Source: Camelus dromedarius (taxonomy: Eukaryota). From it: a stretch of 64,000 bases of DNA. Shown one piece after another: positions 36,560 through 49,250 of the stretch. Under the pieces are notes generated by a model. It was not told the DNA's origin. It saw only the letters and a program-made list of their open reading frames with translations, and did no database searches. Where the stretch lies: assembly GCF_036321535.1 (NCBI RefSeq), contig NC_087437.1, positions 112,966,001 to 113,030,000 on the forward strand, given 5' to 3'. Within the stretch, counting starts at the first letter, position 1, and every line of letters begins with the position of its first letter. The position numbers and the translations under genes are program-made.

Positions 36560-38352
36560 TTAGTCAGTCAATTTTTGCAAAACCATTTCCAAGTGTTTGA
36601 AGAGAATTTGCTTTCTAAATTTAGCCTGAAGTTCTACACAGATGTATGACTTGTGGCTTATTGGTTGCTCGGTTTCCCCAGATCTTTTCTTGACCTGGTA
36701 ATTTCAAAGAGAGTTGCTGAAGTATCCTACACTGACTGTGGATTCATCTGTTTCTTTCACTTTGGAGAAGTTCTGCCCTATATATTTAGAAACAGTGTCA
36801 TAAGGAATAGATAATGGTTCATGACTCTTTTTCTATTTGGAGTTGTACCTATTATTATAAAATACCCCCTTTTGTCCTATTTAAAGCTATTGGTCGCAAA
36901 TTCCACTTCATCTCCTCTTCATGTTGCCTCTGCTTTTTTGTTTTCTCTTGCCTTGTATGTTTTCCCATCTCTTTTCAAGCTTTCTTTGTAATTTTGTTTG
37001 GCTCCTTCTCATAAATAGCATATAACAAATAGTGCTTTAAAATTCTATTTCAGAATATTTTTCATTCAGTGGAGGAATTTAATCTAGTCACATTTATTGA
37101 GATGTCTCAATATCTTTGGTCTTATTTTTTCACCTTATCTCTTTTTTCACTATTTATTAAATTTCTTCTGTGTCCTGTTTTTTTTTTACTTTCTTTATTC
37201 TTCCTGGATTAGTCAGTTTTTAAAAGAATTCTTTCTGCCCATCTTTCCCCCATCCTTGTTGGTTACTGGAAGTTCACCTGTGTTATCTCTTTAAAATAAT
37301 TTGATTTTTCTTAATCCAGAGAACTCCTAGTCTTTTCTCAAAAATGGGATGTGGGTAGTATATTTATTTAAGTCCTTGCAAAGTCCCAAAGTGTCTTCCT
37401 CTGGCCTTCCGGATGCAAGATATTGGCCAAGCAGAGGGATCTTGGATCAGAGTCTTATCTCTCAAAAGCCTTAAACCTGGCTCCATTGCTTCAGGGTTCC
37501 AGCTGTTTCCAGTAAGGACTCTGGTGCCATTCAAACTCCCTTCCTTAGGTAAATAATTGCTCTTTGTTCTCTAGTAGCTGGAATTTGGGAATTCACCAGA
37601 TTTTGTCCAGGTGTGACTCTTTTTTTCAAATTTCATTTTATTTTTTGCTATTCAAATTATTATTTATCTTGCTTGGCACTTGGAGTTTATTTGCCTTCTG
37701 GTTCAAAAATTGGTCTTTATTGAGTTCAAGGAGTGTTTTCTTCTATTTGCTTTTCAACTTTGCTTCTCCATATTGTTTTTCTCTCCTTTTCTGGAGCTCT
37801 CAATATTTAACAGCTAATATTCTCCCACTGTGCAGTGTTCTTGAATATGTACTCCCTTGCTCTCATATTTTATTCATGCTTTTCATTTCATTGAATTTTT
37901 GCTCTATGTTCCAGGGTCAGTCAGGTCATTGATCATTCAGATCAACTTGTTTACTGGTGCCATCACAAGAAAGGTCAAGGCTGAGGGATGGAATATAAAC
38001 TTTTGCCCTAATTGCTTGGGGATGGTTTACACCTGGAAGGCAAGAGGATCCAAAGCCCCTTGATGGGGAGATTACCTCAGTAAAGGGGCAGCTTCAGATT
38101 CTGAGGCGTTTTCAGACTGACCAAACCCAGGATGAATCCAGTTTCCAGAGGAAATAGCAGTGTTGACAGTTTTGAAGCTGAGTTTACCCTTTGATCCTCT
38201 TGGTTATTTCCTGGAAACACATCTTTTCTCCCTTTGTGCTCTGTTTATGGGCCCACAGACTTGCTCATCCTCCACCATGTGCTCTGAGTATTGTTACCTT
38301 TTGTCCCTGGTCAGCTTTCTCCTGCGTCTGTGACCTCCATTCTCTGTCCACC

Positions 38353-38756
38353 TGTGTTAGTCAGCTCAAGCTGCCATGACAAAATACCACAGAATGGGTG
38401 GCTTAAACAACAGACATTTATTTCTCACAGCTCTGGAGGCTGGAAGTCCAAGATCAAGGTGTTGGCAGGGCTGGCTTCTTTCAAGGCCCCTCTCCTTGGC
38501 TTGCAGACGGCCATTTGCCCGCTGCGTCCTCATGTGGTCTTTTCTCCGTGTGTGTGTATTCCTGGTGTCTCTGTGGGCATCCAAATTTCCTCTTCTTTTA
38601 AGGAACCAATCAGATTGGATTCGGGCCCACCCTAACACCTCATTTAATATGAATTGCCTCTTTAAAGGCCCTGTCTCCAAATATAGTCACATTCTGAGGC
38701 ACTAGATGTTAAGGGTACAACATACGAGTTTGAGGGCCACAATGCAGTCCTTAACA
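38353..38756 (-). mobile_element. MaLR solo LTR (MLT1B-like)
   Basis: TGTGTTAGTC...GGAGGCTGGAAGTCCAAGATCAAGGTG...TCTCCAAATATAGTCACATTCTGAGG...TAACA. CACC flanks both ends (TSD remnant). Confidence 0.9.
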
Positions 38757-40084
38757 CACCCTTGGAGCGCAGTGCAGGCTTGATCTGTAGGTGCTCCTTA
38801 AGGGTTTGTTGAGTGCCTAAATGAAAGCAATTTGTTCTCTTTCCCTAATTTGATCTTTGAGCAAGTTGTGATGCGTGAGATTGTAAGTGCTTTCTTCAGA
38901 TAAATTAAATGAACAAACTCCTTATTGTCTATTTTATGCTTAGCCAGTCACATTTTGTGTAAGCGACTCTAAAGTGGTGTAAATACATGATCCTTTCTTT
39001 TTTCCTCCCCCCAAAGAGCCTCCTATTGCATGGTAATGAAATGAGCTCTATGCCTGAGGTCAGATTCAGCCCATAGGCTTTGTGGCAAAGCCACTAAATT
39101 TCTCACAACAAGCCTGTGTTTGTCTCCGGTCTACGGGGATTTGAATCTGTATTATTGCATGCTGGATCTACCTGCCTTGGGAATTTAGTTCCTTTTTTAC
39201 ATATTAGCACACTTTCTCTGTTTAATCATGTTTCCTTCCATGCTCCGCCTCAAGCTCTGACAAATTCGAGTTTTTCCAAAAGCGCAGAAAAGTGTCTTAT
39301 ATTGATTGTGTCTGTTATTTGCGGTTGTTCCTCTAGTGTATAATAACGGAAAATGGAATTAAAATTTTTTTCCTTTGGCTATTTTTATTCTTTTGCATTC
39401 TTAATTTTTGTATTTTGCTTTCAGTCTCCTCACTGAATTTTTGATCTCTGAAATAGTGATTTTAAATAGCTATCTTACGGTATATGTATCCATGACCGAA
39501 TTTGTTGCCAAGTATACAAAATGAATGGATTCCTTAATCAAATGTTAAATGCCTACATAGCAGAGTCTACGTACAGAACTGAGATGGAGATCCGGAATTG
39601 GATTCCATCATGGATACCAACAAGATGACAGCTTCCAAAGGACTTAGAATTTCATTGAATTTAACAGTTTACCAATGCTGCCTAATGAAACAAATATGAT
39701 TCTCTTCTGCGCATGGTCTCAGCAGCCAAGAGAAGTTCATGTCCTGGCCATTCTAAACTACTTGTTACGACCCACATTTCTACACTCTGGTTCTTTTCTG
39801 GCTCTTGAGCATGACTTTTTGTCTGCTGAGAACACTCTTCCTCCTGTGCTCACTGGGAAGCCTTCTCTGATCCCAGACTAGCCTACGTGCTCTTCAGGGG
39901 CTCCCAAAGCTCCCAGCTGCTCCTGCTGAGCAGGTATAACGTTGATTTGCAAGCAGCTATTGCTATGTCTGTCTCTCCCTTTTGACTAAAAGTCCTTCTG
40001 TGTCATGCACCTCTTGGAAGCTGATGTAGCCTATGGATCCTATCTTAAAATTGTGTTTTTAAGTGTGTGAAAAAAAACCACACT

Positions 40085-43000
40085 GGGTTCTGGTTCAAGG
40101 CAAAATGGAGTAAGTGCATTCCACTCTGGTCTGAAAAGCAAATGGTAGTTGGCAGACTGGTGAAGAAGACAGACTCTGAAGTATCCCTGAACATGTTGTG
40201 AGTTACTGTTTTTTCCCTTCCAGAACCCCCCAGCCTAGATCCAGCACAGCCCTGAACCCAGGAATGGGCACTGGTGCCTATAAAGAGAGCCCCACCCAGG
40301 TCCTGCCCTAGGGAGCAGGAAGGAGGTCCCCTAATACTAAGAAATGGTGGAGAAATCCCCTGCTTTGTTTTGTTTTCCTTTTCTCCATCCTCTTGTGCCT
40401 AGACCCCAAGCAATCCTGTGGTGTCAGGGACATGAGAGCTCACAGGATCCTAAAATTGAGTGAGGAGAATCTTCCCTCTGATCAGGGGAGCTTGGTCCCA
40501 AGAGTGCAGGGCAAACTCTCAATTTTTTTTTTCCTTTTATGTCCTCCACTACTGTGTCCCTGGACACAGATGCAGTTGTGGGAAATGCATAGAAGAGCAG
40601 GCTAAGTAAAGCCCCAGCTTTTTGGCCAGGGGACTAAAAAGTTGAGCCCCTGGGGACTGGAAAGTACCAGAGAGAAGGAAGAGCCAGGGAAAGCAACCCC
40701 ATAAAGTTGTTTATGAACTTCTCGGCTCACCCCTGAGAAACACAAGAATAGACCTGACCTCAAATAGCATACCATAAATTCTGAGAACTGAACTACAAAA
40801 TAGACCATTGCCCAGGTTTCAGACTGGCTACTGGATAGTGTACACAGGAAAGAGCTGAAATCTTGGGAAACAGGACTTATATTAGAACCCAAACCATGGA
40901 AGACGGGTTGGAACATGTGACCTGAACTCAACCCGGTAGATTCTAATTAAAATACAAACAAACAAACAAAATACTCCATAGGATTTAGACAAAAATCTAG
41001 AGTCTGGTAACATGGTCATCAAGATGCAATTAAAAATTTCTCAGCACCTATGAAGAATTGGGATAATCTCAATTTGTATGGGAAAAGATAGTCAACAGAG
41101 ACCAATGCTTAGATAACACAGAATTTAGAACAAGTATTATAAAAATACCCCAACATGTAAAAGCAAACATTCTTAAAATGAATAAGGAGATTAAAAGTCT
41201 CAGAAAAGAAATAAAAGATATAAAGAAGAACCAAAAGGAAATTCAAGAGTGGAGAAATACTATAGCCAATAAAAAAATCTCACTGGATGCAATTCAATAG
41301 CAGAATGGAGCTGAGTCAGTGAACTTCAGTTTAGATCAATAGAATTGATAAAATCTGAATAATACAGAGAAAAAAGACTAAAAGTAAAAAAGAACAGAGT
41401 TTCATCAGCTGGTGGGAAAGTACCAAATATTGTAACAATCTTGTCGTAGGAGCCCTAAAAAGAAAGGATGTGGCGCATAGAAAATGTATGAAGAAAACAA
41501 TGGCTGAAAACTTGTCAAATTTGGAGAAAGACATAGACCTACAGACTAAGAACTCTAAGAAATCCCAAACGAGATAAACCCAAAGAAATCTATGCCCAGA
41601 CACATCATTATCAAACTGCTGAAAACTAAAGAAAAAAAAAATTAAAGCAGCCAGAGAAAAAATAACACTTATAAGGAGAACATGATTCAAATAGCCACAG
41701 CTTTCGCCAGAAGAAAATAGAACTTTTAAAAAGAATATTTTATTTTATTTTGGGGAGGGGGAGTAATTAGGTTTTACTTATTTTTAGAGGAGGTACTGGG
41801 GATTGAAGCCAGGACCTCGTGCCTGCTAAGTATGCACTTTACCACTTGAGCTGTACCCTCCCCCTTTAAATAACATTTTAAAAGAATTGTCAACCCACAG
41901 TTCTACATCCAGTAAAAATATCCTTCAGAAATGAAAATGAAATAAAGACACTCTTAGATGAAAGACACATAAGAGACTTCACTGTCACCAGCTGTATTGC
42001 TTAAGGATGAGAAATGACACCAGAAGGAAAGTTGGAACATCAAAAATGAAGGAAGAACAACAGAAATGATACATACCTGGGTAAATGTAATAGACTGTTC
42101 TCCTCTTGAGTTCTTTAAATATGTTTGATGGTTAAAGACAAAAATTACAAAAGTGTCTAGTAGGATTTTCAATGTATGTTGATGTAACAAGTACAACAGT
42201 AACATAAAGGAGGGAGGGTAATGGTACCTATATAGTGGTAATACATCACTTGAAGTTGTAAATACTGATTCTACATAGACTATGAAAAGTTAAGTATGTG
42301 TGCATTAATCCCTAAAACAATAAGTTAAAAGTTACACAGAGATATATAGTAAAAAAGTGATAAATAAGTTAAAATAGACATTTTTAAAATGTTTATATAA
42401 TCTAAAAGAAAGCAAGAAAAGAGAAAATATAGAAATTAAAATAGAGAGACAAACAAAACAAATTATAAAATGGTAGACCTAAATCCTAAATACCAGTAAT
42501 TACATTAAATATAAGTGGACTAAACATGCTAATTAAAAGATAGATTGTCAGGATATATTTAAAAAATGACTCAATAATATACTGTTTACAAGAAACACAT
42601 TTTAAATATAATGACCTAGGTAAGCTAAAAATAAAAGATGGAAAATATAGATCACTAATCAGAAGAAAACTGGAGTGGCTAGAATAATATCTGACAAAGC
42701 AGATTTTTGAGCAAAGGAAATTACCAGGGATAAAAAGGGATAATACTTAATGATAAAAAGGTCAATTCATCAAGTAGACACACAATCCTAAATGGATATG
42801 TACCAAATAAATGAGTTTGCAAATGTGTGAAACAAAAATGAACAGATCTGAAATAAAAAACAGACAAACCTACAATCATATTGGGAAACTTCAATATTCT
42901 TCTCTCAGTAATCAATAGAATTGGCAGACAGAAAACCAGCAGGGGTATAGTACAGAAAACCCCAAAGCAAAAAAGCAAAAAAACCCCAAAAAACCCAAAA

Positions 43001-44760
43001 CAAAACAACAACAACAAAAAACCCCTGAACAATACTATAAACCACTGGTTCTATCTGACATTTATAGAACACTCCACCCCAAAACAGCAGAATACACATT
43101 CTTCTCAAGTATACATGGAATCTTTACAAAGATAAACCAGATTTTACATCCTAAGATACATTTTTTAAAAACTTAAAGAGTTGAAATCATACAGAGTATG
43201 TTCTCTGACTATAATGGAATTAGGCTAGAAATCAATAACAGAATGATTGGAAAAATTCCAAACCCTTGGAAATTAAACAGCATACTTCTAACTAATCCGT
43301 GAGTCAAAGAGGAAGTCTCAAGGAAATTAGAAAAATATTCTGAACTGAATAAATATCAAAATGTAACATATCAAAATTTGTAGGATGCAGGAAAAGCAGT
43401 GCTCAGAGGGAAAATTATGTAATTAAAATGCTCATATTAGAGAAGAGAAAGATATCAAACCAATAGTCTAAGCTGCTCCCTAGAGAAATTAGAAACAGAA
43501 GAGCAAAATAAACCCAAAGCAAGCAAAAGACAGAGAGTAACAGAAGTAAGAGTATAAAGCAATGAAATGGAATACAATTTTAAAAACAATAAAGAAAAAT
43601 CAATAAAATCAAAACTTGCTTCTTTGAGAAGTTCAATAAAATTGATAAATCTTTAAAGAGACTGGCAGAGAGAGAGCAAAAATGATGAATATTAGGAATG
43701 AAAGAGGGGTTATCATTACAGGCTCTACTCATAAATTTGACAATTTAGATAAAGTGGACAAATTCTGCCAAAACCACAAACTATCAAAACTCACTCAAGA
43801 TGAAATATAGATAAACTGAATAGTCCTAAAATTATTCTGAAAATTGAATTTGTACTTTAAAACCTTCTGTAAAAGAAAGCTTTGGGCCCAAATGATTTCA
43901 CTAGCAAATTCTACCAAATATTTAAATAAGAAATACAATAAATTCTACACAGTCTCTTCTAGAAAATAGAATCGGATGGGGCATTTCCCAACTCATTTTA
44001 TGAGTCCAGCATTACCCTGATGCCAAAACCAAACAAAGATGGTACAATAAAAGAAAGTGTGCCGAACAATATCTCATGAACACAGACGCAAAAATTTTCG
44101 ACAAAATATTGACAAATATCCAGCAATACATAAGCACACAAAGAAATGTTCAACATCATTGGCCATTAGAGAAATGCAAATCAAACCCCGAAGAGATATA
44201 ACTACACACCTAGAATAGCAAAATAGAATGGTGAAAATAAAAAAATACTGGCAATGCCAAGTGCTCATGACGATGCAAAGCGATTGGAACTGTCATGTAT
44301 TACCAGTTTGAAATGCCAAATTGTACTACTCTGGGAAACCACTTGGCAGTTTCTCATTAAAGCTGAACACACACTTAGCAGATGACCCAGCAATCCTACA
44401 CCTAGGTATTTACCCAAGTAAATGCAAAACTTATGGTCACACAAAAACCTGTACATCAATGTCTACAGCAGCTCTACTCATAATCATCAATAACTAGAAA
44501 CAATCCAAATGCCTTTCAATGGGTGAATCAGTAAATAAACTGTGGTACATCCCTCGGGAATGCTACTCAATTTAGCAATAAAAAGGAGTGAACTACTGAC
44601 ACACACAACTTGGGTGAATTTCAAAGGTGTTATGCTGAGTGAAAAAAGCCAGTCTCGAAAGTTCTACATATTGTATGATCCCATTTATGTGAACTTCTAT
44701 GAGAAATTTTACATGAAAAAATAAAATGATAATGACGGAGACAAATCAATGCTTTCCATC
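40085..44760 (+). mobile_element. Old L1M element: 5' region, ORF1 remnant, ORF2 endonuclease, RT deleted, 3' end
   Basis: A-rich + strand. ORF1-like 41100-42050. ORF 42881-43135 GNFNILLSVINR is the EN 'GDFN' motif. L1M 3' end at 44140-44760 (CATTAGAGAAATGCAAATCAAA...GTTATGCTGAGTGAAAAAAGCCAG). Confidence 0.9.
41736..41864 (-). mobile_element. Camelid tRNA-derived SINE (Vic-1 type)
   Basis: Minus strand reads GGGGGAGGGTACAGCTCAAGTGGTAAAGTGCATACTTAGCAGGCACGAGGTCCTGGCTTCAATCCCCAGTACCTCC...AACCTAATTAC...(AAAAT)n. A-box, B-box and AT-rich tail as recalled for camelid SINEs. Confidence 0.8.
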
Positions 44761-45625
44761 AGTGAGGTTGGTGAAGACAATGCTGTAAGTTTTTCCCACC
44801 CAAGTTCATGAACCACTTTGGGAGAAGGTCTGTGGACCCCAGGTTAAAAACCTATCCTATGCTACACGCTGTGTAGAAAATGTCTTTTTTGTATATCCTT
44901 CTATGCCCTTAGGCCCTCAATTATTTGGCAAGTAAAAGAATAAATGAATGAACACATTATGAAATGACTTAAACATATAACAATGCATTGAGAGACTCTA
45001 AAGACTTTAAGAAAAATGGACACATTTTGTTTAACCCAACATATGCTCACTGTTGATAATTATGAACTGGACTCTCTCTAATGAGTCTCTTGTCTTGTGT
45101 TGTGGTACCTGCATTGTCTCTGAGCATCTCCTGCTTCCATCATGTAGAGGAGACACAATTAAATATACAAATCCTTTCTCCAGAATTATGCAGCTGTTGT
45201 CATCAAAGATGGTAGATAACTGTCCCCCAGAAAGTACACATTGGAATTAGTGTTTGAGATTTCTCATATCCTGTAGGACAGGATTTGGTAGGTGAAGTGC
45301 TGAGACTATAATTAGATTCTGTAAATGACATCATTCAGGTTTAGCAAGAACCTGCACTGTGGGGCAGAATTGAGCCAGCGCAATACATTAGTTTGCATGA
45401 GGGGCACCAATGGGAAATTTATGGAGACCTGAAAACTAAAGTTGGCATTGGAACTGGAGAGCCCTTCTCATGCTCAGGCTGTAGCAGCCAGAGAACTCAA
45501 TCACCAGAAGTTTCTGGAAAAGTTGCACAGGTTGGATGAGTTGCGAGACTTTACTGACCTTGTCATGTACCAACAACCTCTTTGGTGATCCACAGAACTG
45601 AACAAAAGGCTGGGAGAGGCTGATA

Positions 45626-46298
45626 CCTCATTCCATTAAGTCAAGACTAAGCTGCTGTTGATTGTAAGATCTACCATTATTTTATGCACTGATAAAAAAG
45701 GAAAAACACTTCCAACAGACTGTGACAGGTGCCTTTAACAACAGTCCTGAGCACCATATGAATCAATCATGTCAGATTCCTTTGAAATTAATCTTCATCT
45801 CTCTGTGAGAGCTGGCGGTGAAACAAATATTTTGGTAAAGGAAAGTAACACAGCTTGCTGACTTCGTGGCTATCTTCCTTTCTGAGGTGTCTAAGGCACT
45901 TGGTTGTTTCTTAGCAAGAAGATGTGGACTTGCGATCATTCCTTTGTGACAAATACTCTTTACTCATATCACATTTACATCCTGCTGCCTGGCTTCTGTG
46001 CGTTTGCGAGTATGAAATAGCTTGTCATTTCAATGCTGAATCATAGTGAAATTTTTTGGAGGCCATTCTAAATGTCAGTTAAGCTCACAGGTCAAAGTAA
46101 TAGACACACATACCTCAGCTGAAGGGAGGACAGTGTGAGCATCTACCACTAAGTGCTTGCGTGGCAAAGCCAATGACCACCACGTCATGACACCACTTGG
46201 CTGATGGCTTTTGAAAGACAACACTGATTGAGATGCTTCTGGATTGCAGAGATGTTAAACTTCATAAAATTGTGTATCTCAGAATCAGCGAAGAACAG
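45626..46298 (-). mobile_element. Kanga-type TcMar-Tc2 DNA transposon deletion derivative with transposase N-terminal remnant
   Basis: MER104/Kanga-like termini (TA at 45624-45625; ...GAGATGTTAAAC...TGTGTATCTCAGAATCAGCGAAG). Minus-strand ATG at 46066 reads MASKKFHYDSALK*QAISYSQTHRSQAAG, resembling a BrkDBD-type transposase start. Confidence 0.75.
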
Positions 46299-46354
46299 CA
46301 ATTCTATTAGAGTCCATGATTTGGGGGCGGAGGGGGGGGGAGAATTCTGCTTCT

Positions 46355-46500
46355 AAGACATATTTCTTGAATGTCCTCTGTTTGCCAGGGAGTGTTCTAG
46401 GGCTACAGTGGGAGACAGGCTAGATCACTCCCTTGACAAGATGGAGCTCACACTGAGTAAGGAGAACAGATAGTAAGTAATAAACAGAAAAATAATCACA
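46355..46500 (-). mobile_element. L2 3' fragment
   Basis: ATATTTCTTGAATGTCCTCTGTTTGCCAGG...ATGGAGCTCACACTGAGT. Confidence 0.6.
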
Positions 46501-47890
46501 TTTTTAAAGTGGAACGAAGGAAATAAATAGGGGGCCGAGATGGAGACTCACGGTGCGGTGGAGATAGGGTGTATTGTGCACCTTTGATGAGCTCTCTCAG
46601 ATCTTGCTGAATTACAGCGAAGTCAACATTTGGATCTCGGTCTCTGAGAGTCACTGAGAACTTACAGAGTGATCCCTGCAACTGTCTCAATTTGCTCAGG
46701 ACAGAAGGGTCTCCTGGGGTGTGGAAATTTCAGTCCTAAGCCCGGCAGTCCCAGGCACACTGGCAAGGCTGGTCACCCGATAGGGGTTCTAACTCGGTTT
46801 CTTTTTAGCTTAATATGTGTATTACTATTTCCACGTCTAATAAAGCTTGATACCAAACCTACAGCTGTGATTTTTATTTTCTTTCACTTCCGTCTCTCCT
46901 ATTTTCATAAAAGAGGTGAATTTGATAGCTATGACTTAAATCTTACCATTACTAAAGGCACTGAACCACTCAACAACACTAAGGTCCTGCTTTAAGCCCT
47001 GTGGGGGCTGCAGTGATAGATCCAGCTGGTTGTCAGCGCTGAGAGGGCTTGTCCACAAATGGCGAGAGGAAGGTATGGTGGGGGCGTAAGTGAGAGTCCC
47101 CCAAATTCTCCAGGGGTTCAGAGAAGGTGGGTGGCTGATAAAGCCGAGGTGAGAAGGGCAGGGAAAGCTGCTTTCATTTTGTGATTTTATTTTATTTTGG
47201 AGAAGCAATACAAACCAACATCTCTGTAGAAGAGTAATTTTTTTTGCCTTTGATATGAGTTGAAGGCAAAACTAACTCCATTCTTTCATGTTAGGAATCG
47301 TTTTGGTGTGGCTTTCTGTTTTTCAGCTAAAAGACGAGCGGAACTCTGGATTGCAAATGCTTTCATGACTATGAGAAATACATATATGCTTTCTCTTTAA
47401 AACAATGAAACACGTGTTCTTGGCTTTCCCTTCCAGCAAGGGGCCCCCACGTGGAGAAATCATTTTCGAGTCTGTATGCAAACGGGTTTGATTAAGTTGT
47501 CAGCAATATTACAACCCTTATTAGTTTTCACAAGCCCTTGGTGAACTTCATGTTTGATCTCTGCCTTCAGTTCAGGGTTGACATGTAATGACTCACACAC
47601 CTGCTGGAATATTCCAAAACCACTGTAGGAGTCCCTTCTTCTCCCCTTAGCCCTTTGCATCTCATTTTCCCCTCATAAGCCGTGAGCACATCGCTCCTTC
47701 TTTAATGACTAATTGTACCTAATGCCACTAGTCTTAACATCGTCATCTGAACGAAGCAATGAACTCTCCACTTGATCACTCCTGTTTATTATTATTTTGT
47801 TTAAAGATGAAAGTTGTCAGATGGAAACAGGAGCATTAATTTCCTTAACTTACTCCAAAACTTTTGCCAAGGCAAGAGAATGTAAGTGAA

Positions 47891-47893
<3 letters not shown>

Positions 47894-47923
<30 letters not shown>
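47894..47923. repeat. (GT)15 microsatellite
   Basis: Seen directly. Confidence 0.98.
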
Positions 47924-47926
<3 letters not shown>

Positions 47927-49099
47927 AAGCACACTAGAAAACCAAAAAGCCTTAAAGTTAAGTAAAATTTGGAATCAACAGTTCAATTAGGTATGCTTTA
48001 AGGGCTAATGTGATTGGAAAGCTGAATAGCCGATGTCAAAAATAGATTTCCCTTTCTTTCCAAATTGTAGCAAAAAATAACCACATGCCTTTCTTGGACT
48101 CCTGACTCTCACCCCAAAGGGTTTTCTTGTATAGGGACCAACAATTCCTTGGATGGAAACACTGGATAGGCTAGTCATTATTTAGAGATTTAGAAGATTG
48201 CAGATTCTTGGCAGACCTCGGTTGTTTTTCTAGTAGTAGGCAAGCGGTAGGACAAAAATCAAGAAGCAGATCCATGTGGCTGGGTTTGGGTTCCCCCTGA
48301 ACAGATGAGAGGAGGTGAGTAGCTGCCCTGCTCTTTGTTTGGTGAGGAAAGGTTCTGGCGGCTGCAATCCTGGTGTGGGATCTTGGTCTCCTGGAAACAC
48401 GGGTCTCTCTTCCCTTTGCCTTTGGGGTTGCCGACCACTTGAGGAAGACCTAAGCCATGTCTGCCTGTTGCCAGCACAGCTCATGAAAGGGTTAGAAATA
48501 GTACGGATCACTTGTGGAGGGAGAACAATCACTCCATTGTCAGATTTTTTTTTTCTTTCACTTTTCATCCAAATGCTGGGTTGCTTTGCAGCACAGTCAG
48601 AGATACTGTGTTGAGAAGCCTTTGCTCATGGCAATGTTTCCTCTGTTCGTTTTCTGCTGCTCCTTGCATTGGAAAATTCCATCCTTTAACACTGGGATTA
48701 TATGTCACCATTGCTGAAATCATAGACAGAGTCCACTTAATTGGCTGCAAGCGTGAGAGATAGCCAGAGAGAATGAGAGAAGCAGAGCATTCCCTTGTAT
48801 AAAGAGAGGATTGAACAAGGTCAGTGAACCAAAGAACCAGCAGGTCACAAACCCTCAGGGGGTCACGAAAATTCCCCCGGGTTTCCTGTCTTTAGAAGCA
48901 AAAAACGATGCCTGTTAAAAAGGATAAAAAAAAAAAAAAAAGAGAAAAGAAAGAACCGTATTGACGATTGGCCATAATTGAGCTGGGTGAGGTATTTGCA
49001 GACCCATTATTCTAGCACTTTTGTATATTTTTGAAAAATTTCAATGACAAAGTTTTTAGAATTTAAAGACTTCTATTTTTCATCCCAGAACGATGCTGG

Positions 49100-49250
49100 A
49101 GCCCCGGAGTGGGCGTCAGGTACACATGCGCGGAGGGGCGGGCAGCTGCACTGAGCATGCGCGGGCTTGGCCTCGGCCGATTTCCCTGACAGCTGAGCCG
49201 CAGCGCTTGTCGCCGAAGTCCAGCTTCAAATAGCCTTTCTCCTTCGCCAT
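49100..49250. promoter_or_regulatory. CpG-rich promoter-like patch with NRF1-like and GC-box motifs
   Basis: CATGCGC at 49125-49131, GGGGCGGG at 49135-49142, TGAGCATGCGCG at 49152-49163. Confidence 0.45.

Larger units (their letters stand above)
36000..39460 (-). mobile_element. Highly decayed L1 (L1ME-like) fragments hosting two MLT1 LTRs
   Basis: T-rich + strand with weak antisense L1 motifs. Boundaries uncertain. Confidence 0.45.
39990..44855 (+). mobile_element. hAT-Charlie element split in two (39990-40080 and 44760-44855) by an L1 insertion
   Basis: 5' part GTCATGCACCTCTTGG...GCCTATGGATCCTATCTTAAAATTGTGTTTTTAA and 3' part TTTTCCCACCCAAGTTCATG...GTCTGTGGACCCCAGGTTAAAAACC correspond to the two ends of one recalled Charlie-type consensus. 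Confidence 0.6.

Noticed and set aside
41780..41864. Possible tRNA gene
   Set aside because: The tRNA-like head runs into a SINE body and A-rich tail, the B-box is degenerate, and it is inserted in an L1. It is a SINE.
42955..43025. A/C-rich stretch producing K/N/Q-rich ORF text
   Set aside because: A decayed A-rich simple repeat inside the L1 ORF2 remnant.
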